Shown one piece after another: positions 1 to 6,140 of a stretch of 6,142 bases of DNA. How positions within the stretch are numbered: the first letter of the stretch is position 1; the number at the start of each line of letters is the position of its first letter. The DNA is taken from NCBI GenBank assembly GCA_054661495.1, contig BAAFSQ010000452.1, forward strand, positions 1 to 6,142. Direction: 5' to 3'. The position numbers and the translations under genes are program-made. This stretch comes from Zygophlyctis sp. KS116 (taxonomy: Eukaryota > Fungi > Chytridiomycota). Under the pieces are notes generated by a model. That model did no database searches. It was given only the letters and a program-made list of their open reading frames with translations, and had not been told where the DNA came from.

Positions 1-1
1 A

Positions 2-376
2 GAAGAAGTGGATGATGAAGATGAAGAAGAGTCTGAGACCTTGCAGAAATTAAAAGCAAGCAAGACTCCATTGAAATTGAACACATTGAACAAGACTCCA
101 TCAAACACAGGTTCAAACCGTTGCAAAAAAAGATACTTTAGTACGTCTTTTTTGGATGCAAAAGAAAACGAAATTCAATTTAAAAAAGATTGCTTTCAGT
201 TGGAACTTGCATTCAAACAAAAGGAGTTTGATATCAAACGAAATGAAGTTGAAAAAGAACTTGAATTAAAAAGTCAAGAGATTGAGCTCAAAAAACAAGA
301 GTTGAATAATGAGAAATCAAAAGATATAATTAAAGCTCTCATATTTTTTTATTTGAATCTTTTCTCTGATACATAA
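2..376 (+). CDS. 3' part of the putative PIF/Harbinger accessory (second) ORF; acidic linker plus E/K-rich coiled-coil tail; 5' end lies outside the window
   Basis: The frame is open from position 2 (GAA GAA GTG GAT...) to TAA at 374-376. It encodes an acidic stretch, then KKRYFSTSFLDAKENE...ELELKSQEIELKKQEL...KDIIKALI. It converges on the Harbinger transposase, and AATAAA follows at 388-393. The Myb/SANT-like domain expected in such proteins is not in the window, so the assignment is positional. Confidence 0.6.
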   Translation, partial: EEVDDEDEEESETLQKLKASKTPLKLNTLNKTPSNTGSNRCKKRYFSTSFLDAKENEIQFKKDCFQLELAFKQKEFDIKRNEVEKELELKSQEIELKKQELNNEKSKDIIKALIFFYLNLFSDT

Positions 377-959
377 ACATCTGAATGAATAAAGAAGGAA
401 ATCAGCAAAAATTTTACCCTCCAAAGGTATACAAATATTTTATTATCAACACTTAAAGAATTTTTGATAAAACATATTCTTTCATCCTTTGTCTTAACTC
501 ATCCCCGTTTTGTATTTGGGGAGCATATATTTCATTCGGGTCCGTATAATCATCGCAATTGTGTTCATTCAACCAATGTGCTTGCTAGCTGCATACCGTG
601 AGTCTCCTAGTAGGTATTCATTAGGGCTTAAATACAGATGAGGGTGCAAAAAAAGTGTGGTTTGGCTGAAAGCTGTTTGATCGAATATAGACCCTGGCCA
701 GCCCACTTGATAAAATAGTATCCTTCTATTAACATCACAGACTATTTGCGCATTTAAAGAATATCGGCATTTACGAGTCCAAAAAACTTCCCCATCTATT
801 GCAGGCTTCTGGCTTAAATTAATATGTGTTCCATCAATAATTGCCACTGCATTTGGTAGATTGAATTCATTTTTACACATGGCAGATATCATTTTTCTTT
901 GATTTGAGTCAGACCACTTTATGTACTCTTTTTCCAATGACAACATGGCTGTCAAAAAT

Positions 960-988
960 CTGTAAATAAACTAATTTTAAAAGAATAC
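960..988 (-). other. 29-nt GT-AG intron (Harbinger transposase)
   Basis: GTATTCTTTTAAAATTAGTTTATTTACAG; removal joins YVKR to FLTAML in frame. Confidence 0.9.
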
Positions 989-1291
989 CTCTTCACATAT
1001 AGAGTAACTGTCCTATTGCCCACGCCAGCCGATCTGGCAATCTTTCCAACAGCAGCCCCGTTCCCATCAGAGCCTAGCTTTTCTAGAGCGACCAATGCTT
1101 GAATCCAACAATCTCTTTGAGTACGTCTACTGTTGTTTACAAAAACTGGATTAGTCGCAATCTTCGAGACTATAAATTGGAATGTGTCTCTATTAACTCT
1201 TACAATCTGTTTAAACTCTCTTTCTGAATACTCCCATAGTAAATTTCGCAACTGGACTGTCTTTGGAACATGGGTTTTGGAAGACATAAAT

Positions 1292-1319
1292 CTGGTAATA
1301 TTATTTGTATGCTTTGTAC
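1292..1319 (-). other. 28-nt GT-AG intron (Harbinger transposase)
   Basis: GTACAAAGCATACAAATAATATTACCAG; removal joins exon 1 (ATG at 1450) to ORF 952-1287 in frame. Confidence 0.85.
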
Positions 1320-1892
1320 CTAGTCGATAGCAAAAGGGCCTGATATTCTAAAAACTCATCAGCTAATTTATCATCATAATTAACAGCTGCGAGGAGTACT
1401 ATGTTCTGAAATTGATTCTTAAGTTGTTGGCGATTTGAAATTCTTGGCATAAAAGGCGCGTTTTAGACCCGTTTCAAATTTCGCAAACTAACCCACATTT
1501 TAATTTATTTCCATATTAAACTTATTTTGCAGATATATTTAGGTCTTAGGAGAATTTGAACATAAGTCCCCGACTGGGTCCACAGGCAAATTCCTCCGGT
1601 TTAGGACAACGAATTAATATGCCCTAGCCATTATACCTCTAGTTGATTGAGATTGAGTTGACGCGCACCTGGTTCCAGATCAGGTCTTATTCTCTATGTG
1701 ATTGATTTAAAACTGAAAATTCATTCAAATGTTAAAGATTTTTATTCGTTAGCTTCATTAAATGTTAGATTTCTGATGTCAAACCCATCTTATCCTTCAT
1801 TGAAAAAATTAAGTCACATAGTCTCCGTAGCGATTTCTTTCGTCTGACTTTTTCCAAAAATTCAATTGCTTGCTCATCATTATAGCCGTAAT

Positions 1893-1919
1893 CTAATTTT
1901 TCTCAACAAACTAGCTTAC
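1893..1919 (-). other. 27-nt GT-AG intron (Crypton)
   Basis: GTAAGCTAGTTTGTTGAGAAAAATTAG; contains an in-frame TAG; removal gives KLKN-D-YGYNDEQAIEFLE. Confidence 0.85.
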
Positions 1920-2006
1920 CGTTTTTCAGTTTTTGAATGGCACTATAGAGAGGTTTTCTCCGATTATAGAATCGAGAAATAGTTCCATTTTTCCGCCATT
2001 TAGTCC

Positions 2007-2034
2007 CTAAAATCAACAATAATATTCTATTTAC
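2007..2034 (-). other. 28-nt GT-AG intron (Crypton)
   Basis: GTAAATAGAATATTATTGTTGATTTTAG; removal restores THG-TKWRK...FYNRRK. Confidence 0.9.
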
Positions 2035-2190
2035 CATGAGTTTGATCTAAAGGATATACGAAGCGCTGGAACTCCATCCAGGCCGCTCGCACAGAGTTGA
2101 TTTTTAAATCAAATTTGAAATCAATATCTTTCTGAGTACCCTCTGTCGTTGGTGGAGAAAAATTCTGACTGCAGTGATTTAGATTTTTGT

Positions 2191-2233
2191 TTTCAATGGG
2201 TTGAGAGTTGCTTCTTTCAATTGGTTGAGAGTT
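2191..2233. repeat. In-frame tandem duplication with 24-nt period (NSQPIE twice) in the YR-GCR1_C linker
   Basis: tttcaatgggttgagagtt (2191-2209) versus tttcaattggttgagagtt (2215-2233), 18/19 identical. Confidence 0.8.
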
Positions 2234-2466
2234 TTGCAAAGAAATTCCTAATTTGCAAAGCAGCTCTCCAAATACTTTCTGCTGATTTTGAATGACTTGA
2301 CTCATTTCTTGAGCCAATTGTATAACATTAGTCCCCAATCGACTATCCAATTGATATATTTGAGATTTTATGACAGCTGAGTCTCCCCAAATAACTGCTA
2401 ACTCTTCGGCTATCGTCGGCACAACTCGTTCTAGTTCTAAATTTGATGGAGTTTTTGAATTTTCCA

Positions 2467-2495
2467 CTATTATTTTAAGAATGCTTGTAAATTAC
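2467..2495 (-). other. 29-nt GT-AG intron (Crypton)
   Basis: GTAATTTACAAGCATTCTTAAAATAATAG; removal gives ELLKT-V-ENSKTP, so the ORF-track GTG start at 2467 is an artefact. Confidence 0.9.
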
Positions 2496-2656
2496 CTGTC
2501 TTTAACAATTCTTTTTGAAAGGATTTGAATGCTGGAAGTTTAAAACTCTTTTTTGTAAAAATTGGAAGATTTTTGTATAAATCTAAAGTTAAAAGCAATG
2601 CAGAATCCTGAAGAATAATTATCGACATGTAATTAATTAGTTCGTAAAAATTGTTC

Positions 2657-2687
2657 CTTAGTAATTAATTAATGATTACAAAAGTAC
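2657..2687 (-). other. 31-nt GT-AG intron (Crypton)
   Basis: GTACTTTTGTAATCATTAATTAATTACTAAG, between DLAG and NNFYELI; a 1-nt frameshift remains at the junction. Confidence 0.65.
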
Positions 2688-3144
2688 CAGCCAAGTCGCT
2701 TGATTCCGGCGATTTTTTAAATTTTTCTTTTTCTGCCATTAAATCCTGAAAAACTAACTGGAATAGCCAGCACATACCCTAACGGCTTCCCAAGGAACGC
2801 AATGATTAGCATAAGCACCATTTCTTGATTTGGTTGCCCAGTGGCCCTGTTTATCCACAGCTGAAGCACTAGCTCCAAGACTTTCTAGTCCTGCTGCACG
2901 TTTCCTGCCTGTCTGTGGAACAACAGACGTAGATATATCGAGTTTTATAAATTGCTCCTTTAAATTTCTAAATTGTACGTTATAAAATAATTGAGTTCCT
3001 TGCTTGTCTCCTTCTAAAACATAACAATCATACCAATTTTTCTTATTTGAGAAGGGTTAGGCTACAGGTGTGCTGCCGCCAGAAAATCTTAAAAAAAAAT
3101 AAAAAGCCAACGCGCCAAACGGACATTGGCGAACATCTTTATGC

Positions 3145-3171
3145 CTTTAAGTTATTTTTACACCTCTTCAC
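3145..3171 (-). other. 27-nt GT-AG intron (Crypton)
   Basis: GTGAAGAGGTGTAAAAATAACTTAAAG; removal restores the RHKD...CP motif. Confidence 0.9.
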
Positions 3172-3212
3172 CTAACCAGTCCTGTTTCTTGAATGTTCCC
3201 ACATTGATTTTT

Positions 3213-3241
3213 CTAAGAATTAAAAAAATTACTTGGCCTAC
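3213..3241 (-). other. 29-nt GT-AG intron (Crypton)
   Basis: GTAGGCCAAGTAATTTTTTTAATTCTTAG; removal gives SK-KNQCG, matching the GKTNQxG-like motif. Confidence 0.9.
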
Positions 3242-3288
3242 TTTTGATTTTCTCCATACCGATCTGAAAAAATGAGCCCCATATACTC

Positions 3289-3316
3289 CTATATTTAGTT
3301 GTTTTTTAAAATGTAC
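3289..3316 (-). other. 28-nt GT-AG intron (Crypton)
   Basis: GTACATTTTAAAAAACAACTAAATATAG; removal gives KTE-G-VYGAHFF. Confidence 0.9.
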
Positions 3317-3429
3317 CTTCGGTTTTGAAATATTCAATGCCAATTTCTGATAAACACAAACGCCTGATGTTATCCCCTCGACTGCAAAGTCCATAGGAAC
3401 ATCAGGTCCGCGCGTAATTTCAATCCATC

Positions 3430-3458
3430 CTAATTTCTTTACATATCAATTTACTTAC
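3430..3458 (-). other. 29-nt GT-AG intron (Crypton)
   Basis: GTAAGTAAATTGATATGTAAAGAAATTAG; consensus GTAAGT donor; removal gives QNCE-DGLKLRADL. Confidence 0.9.
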
Positions 3459-3961
3459 TTCACAATTCTGATTCCAATATGAATCGCATACGTCCAAAAA
3501 AGCTGTTTCTGGTACTTCATCAATCATGGTATTTTTTGCTCTGTCAATCAATAATTTTTTATCTAATTCCATTTCTTGTTGTTTTTTATTTGCCAGTAAT
3601 TCCTTGACAAGTTGTGGTCTGGTGGGTGCCGAACCAGATAGTCCTTTCAACTGTAATAGGTAAAATGTCAATTCCTTTATGTAATGTTTTCCAGTGATTA
3701 ACTATCGCATTTGCGTACTGTTCCAACAGAATATAGCCACACACTTTGGCTCCTGGTGGGGGTGTCGGAACCGCATCAACGACGGAGCAATTTAATTGTG
3801 GTAAAGGTATTTCATGGTGATTTTCTTGTGTAGCTTCCTCAATTTTTCTCTTTCTACCCCTTTTTTTTTAAAGGTCTATTTTGAATTTCGCTGAGAAATC
3901 TATGCATATTATCAGCTGTAATTTCTACAGGCTCATTTGGATAATGTTTTTTTAGCCAATC

Positions 3962-3988
3962 CTTGTCAATAAATAATTTTATAGATAC
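3962..3988 (-). other. 27-nt GT-AG intron (Crypton), in frame and stop-free
   Basis: GTATCTATAAAATTATTTATTGACAAG; removal gives EFM-DW, the EFxxW spacing typical of Crypton N-termini. Confidence 0.7.
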
Positions 3989-4385
3989 CATGAATTCTAC
4001 AACTTTTGGATCATAACACTTTCTATTATTTGCCGCAGTATAACGAATACTGGTCATATGAGTAGCTAACTTATGCCGTTGTTCTTGTAAAGAATTATCA
4101 GCAGTATTAAGAAGTATTCTTTCTGTAGCTGCACATTCTTGCGAAGGTTCTATTTCTGGAAGGGTTAGTCGCTAAAATATGCCACATATAAATTAGGTCG
4201 GAAAAATTATTGGGAATATTTTTTAATTATTATGAGTCCTGGTCTGAGACCGGACACCCTAAACCGCACAAAAACTACACGAAATTCGCCGAAGTCTCGG
4301 ACCGAAAAATTTATTTTTAAATGTATATAAGTTGCTGAAAGCAACCTAATTTTATCTCCGGTGGCGGAGCCACAGCGGAGTATAT

Positions 4386-4480
4386 TGTAAGGTATCCGAT
4401 GTCTGACATCATCACTGATGCACTTGTCCGAAATTCACTTTCAATCTAACTTTAGATTTCTTATTTGGGGGGTCACAACA
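4386..4480 (-). repeat. Putative 3' LTR of the Ty3/Gypsy element (~95 bp)
   Basis: Begins TGTTGTG immediately after the PPT. Best candidate end is ...CCTTACA at 4386; an alternative is ...TATACA at 4322. There is no second LTR in the window to confirm the length. Confidence 0.65.
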
Positions 4481-5340
4481 TCACCCCCTCCAAGCTGTTG
4501 ATTATCTTTAAACGCGCTGCATTGGATGACGTCTTTGTGACAAATTTAGACTGCTTCGGTCGTGTGATACGCCAATACGCATTAATTAAATTGATTCCAT
4601 TAAAATGTTCGGGTTTTTACCAATCATTCGGCAATGTAGAATCCTCCCATTATATTCATGTGATCGATCTGGTAACAGTCTATGACCAACAATTTTCTTC
4701 ACATAATAACGAGGTTCTAAAAGTTGCTGTTTCAGGAGTATAAATGCGTTTCATCATTTGATCAGGCAATACTTTTCGTTCCAATATTTTGCCTGTCATA
4801 TCTTTCAAAACATACTCCTGTCCAATTTATAACAAAAGGTCCAACAGAATTATCATCCCACCTACTGAATTTAACATTTCGAAGCATAACATAATCATCT
4901 GCCTTAAATACACCTATAGTATTCTTTTTAGCATAATATTCTTTAATTTTTTGATTGTTTTTAGTCACACAAGAGACAACACTCGAATACAACACATCAT
5001 TCATAATACGCCAACAATCTATCCAATCATTTCCTTCAAATTTATCAGACATCACAGCATCTCGCCTAAATAGATCTTCCAAACATGAGAAAATCAGGTG
5101 AGATACCGGTGCGAGAAATAATTCTAAAATTCATTGCTATTTGAACTACAGGAACATAAACTGACCATCGACTTAAATCGCCAGTAACCAATTTCTTCAA
5201 ATATTATTCAGCCGTTTTATTAGCATTCTCCACCGCCCCATTTGCTCTTGAATTACCAACTGTTATAGTTCTATGCAACGATCTATGTAGGTCAGTCAAT
5301 TTTATTAGGGTTACATTATATTATCCGATTGAATCACTTG
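4473..5340 (-). pseudogene. pol: Ty3/Gypsy (chromovirus) pol 3' fragment: partial integrase core, GPY/F module and chromodomain
   Basis: QVIQSDN (D at 5323-5325); HRTITVGNSRANGAVENANK (E at 5228-5230); RWSVYVPVVQIAMN...TGISPDFLMFGR; FKADDYVML...VGPFVI; chromodomain YYVKKIVGHR...EY/WEDSTLPNDW*KPEHFNGINLINAYWR (~4565-4715). Several stops and frameshifts. The last frame reads through the PPT to TGA at 4473-4475. Confidence 0.9.
4481..4491 (-). other. Polypurine tract (PPT)
   Basis: Minus strand reads GGAGGGGGTGA directly followed by TG, downstream of the chromodomain. Confidence 0.85.
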
Positions 5341-5344
5341 GGTT

Positions 5345-5829
5345 CTAACCGTTTTAGGAATATCATTGGGGCGTTGCATTATCAAGTAACATGTACTAGA
5401 CCTGATATCGCTTTCGCGACCTACAACGTTGCAGCTCACCAGTCTAATTATGGGAATGAAGAGTTTAATGCGGCTAAAAGAGTATTGCGTTATTCAAAAG
5501 GAACTAAAGACTAAGTTTTAACTTACGGACCATTTGATGATACAAATAAGTTTCCTATCTTGACTGCATATGTCGATGCTGATTTTGCAAACTACAAAGA
5601 CCGTAAATAACTTAGTGGTTATATATTTAAACTCGCAGGACAAACTATTGCATGGAAAACTAAAAAAACCAACTGTGTCACTGTCTACTGTGGAAGCTGA
5701 GTACATATCTCTTGCTACTGCTACAAGTGAATTAATTTGGATTTGAAACTTACTGGAAGAATAAGGATTTAAGCAACCTACAACAAGAATATTTGAAGAC
5801 AATCAATTGCGATTGCTAATAATCCAGTT
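5345..5829 (+). pseudogene. pol: Ty1/Copia pol fragment: reverse transcriptase C-terminus and RNase H
   Basis: FRNIIGALHYQVTCTRPDIAFA...AAKRVLRYSKGTKD*; AYVDADFANYKDRK*LSGYIFKLAGQTIAWKTKK/PTVSLSTVEAEYISL...ELIWI*NLLEE*GF...IFEDNQ/AIANNPV. Stops at 5512, 5608, 5744 and 5762; frameshifts at ~5668 and ~5808. Confidence 0.93.
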
Positions 5830-5989
5830 GTAAAATCCTAAGAAACTACTTTGATCTTTATATCCACTGTTCAAATTATAAACTATCTACATGTTATTTT
5901 ACACAGCAATATACAGTCAGCTAGACAATAGTTGTACAATTCTAAAAAGAAAGTCCCTCAGAATCCAATGCAGCACCAAAAGGGTGGCG

Positions 5990-6140
5990 CTAGCGATTGG
6001 ATTCATCCTTGGGAGACAAGATCGGTCAAACGTACCTTCAAATCAGGATTTGCATCAATCAAATTCAATTCCAGAGCCATTGTATCATCCTCAGAATGGT
6101 TACCAATTGAAAGAGAAGCGTCAATAGTAGCAATACGAGC
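5990..6140 (-). CDS. Probable 3' end of an unidentified gene entering from the right edge, with a 28-nt intron (6008-6035)
   Basis: Open frame ARIATIDASLSIGNHSEDDTMALELNLIDANPDLK, then GTACGTTTGACCGATCTTGTCTCCCAAG (28 nt, GT-AG), then DESNR* (TAG at 5990-5992). No family recognised. Confidence 0.4.

Larger units (their letters stand above)
453..1450 (-). pseudogene. PIF/Harbinger DDE transposase (DDE_Tnp_4/HARBI1-like), 3 exons, internally deleted
   Basis: ATG at 1450 (MPRISNRQQL...LLLSTR). Removing introns 1292-1319 and 960-988 joins ORFs 952-1287 and 569-955 in frame (STR|FMSSK; YVKR|FLTAMLSLEKEYIKW). Motifs: EFKQIVRVNRDTFQFIV, AIIDGTHI (first D, 833-835), YSLNAQIVCD, GWPGSIFD, YLLGDSRY (second D, 602-604). 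After KHI (~575) the sequence shifts frame into a typical tail (...NGDELRQRMKEYVLSKIL*, stop 453-455). Minus-strand AATAAA at 439-444. Confidence 0.9.
1..1624. mobile_element. PIF/Harbinger DNA transposon (left end outside the window; right end tentative)
   Basis: Two convergent genes, transposase plus accessory ORF. The candidate terminus reads GGGCATATTAATTCG inward from 1624 on the minus strand and is flanked by TAG. The partner TIR is not visible. Confidence 0.7.
1765..4155 (-). pseudogene. CryptonF-type tyrosine recombinase with C-terminal GCR1_C-like DNA-binding domain; multi-exon and disrupted
   Basis: Spliced hand translation gives, in order: YDPKVVEFM|DWLKKHY...ITADNMHRFL; LEQYANAIVNHW; RPQLVKELL; IDRAKNTMID; LRADLMFLWTLQSRG/DNIRRLCLSEIGIEYFKTEG; RKSK|KNQCG; LVR|HKDVRQCPFGALAFYFFLRF; PFSNKKNWYD; VVPQTGRKRAAGLESLGAS...QGHWATKSRNGAYANHCVPWEAVRVCAGY; DLAG...ILQDSALL...LPIF; INSVRAAWMEF...HG|TKWRK...FYNRRK...AIEFLE...SLRRLCD. 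Stop at 1765-1767; AATAAA at 1741-1746. Lesions: frameshifts at ~3865, ~3375 and ~2656, in-frame TAA at 3057-3059, a deletion at ~2760, and a lost splice donor near 3680. The start codon is unresolved; a branch point/acceptor (CTAAC...CAG) lies at 4168-4156. Confidence 0.9.
1625..4385 (-). mobile_element. Crypton (tyrosine-recombinase DNA transposon); coordinates are outer bounds
   Basis: An intron-containing YR+GCR1_C gene with no reverse transcriptase, lying between the Harbinger end and the Gypsy LTR. True termini were not identified. Confidence 0.75.
4386..5340 (-). mobile_element. 5'-truncated Ty3/Gypsy chromoviral LTR retrotransposon
   Basis: Order is integrase - chromodomain - PPT - LTR; integrase at the 3' end of pol is Gypsy-type. 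Confidence 0.88.

Noticed and set aside
61-101. Short direct repeat caagactccat (61-71 and 91-101), possible CRISPR-like unit
   Set aside because: Only two 11-nt copies, in frame within a low-complexity coding linker (KTP twice); no array.
1133-1330. Plus-strand 65-aa ORF
   Set aside because: Antisense shadow of the Harbinger transposase; no recognisable motifs.
3158-3394. Minus-strand 78-aa ORF as a standalone gene
   Set aside because: It is a mosaic. Only GVYGAHFFRSVWRKSK is in the true Crypton frame; the rest is intron or off-frame sequence.
453-4155. Bacterial IS5-family element plus phage integrase (prokaryotic island)
   Set aside because: Spliceosomal introns, AATAAA signals, the GCR1_C domain and adjacent LTR retrotransposons all indicate a eukaryotic nuclear source.
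1765-4155. Functional domesticated Ndc10/Gcr1-like host gene
   Set aside because: Multiple frameshifts, a stop and a deletion, a retained catalytic Tyr, and location among TEs favour a dead transposon copy.
3051-4168. 10-bp direct repeat gaagggttag (3051-3060 and 4159-4168); telomere-like or element boundary
   Set aside because: Only two isolated copies, one inside coding sequence and one at a branch point; compatible with chance.
4331-4350. Helitron 3' end (hairpin followed by CTAA-T)
   Set aside because: The hairpin directly abuts the CTRR instead of lying about 10 nt upstream, the stem is only 6 bp, and no Rep/helicase sequence is present.
4465-5073. Plus-strand ORFs 4465-4743 and 4789-5073
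   Set aside because: Antisense to the Gypsy integrase and chromodomain, whose motifs are on the minus strand.
3057-5764. TAA/TAG reassigned to Gln (ciliate- or aphelid-type code) as the explanation for in-frame stops
   Set aside because: Long exons use CAA/CAG for Gln with almost no internal TAR, genes end at TAA followed by AATAAA, and the internal stops co-occur with frameshifts and a TGA. Decay is the simpler explanation.
5518-5802. Minus-strand 94-aa ORF
   Set aside because: Antisense to clear Copia RNase H motifs (DADFA, STVEAEY, EDNQ).
5891-6127. Plus-strand 78-aa ORF
   Set aside because: No recognisable motif; the opposite strand has a more protein-like frame with a matching tiny intron. 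Not fully excluded.
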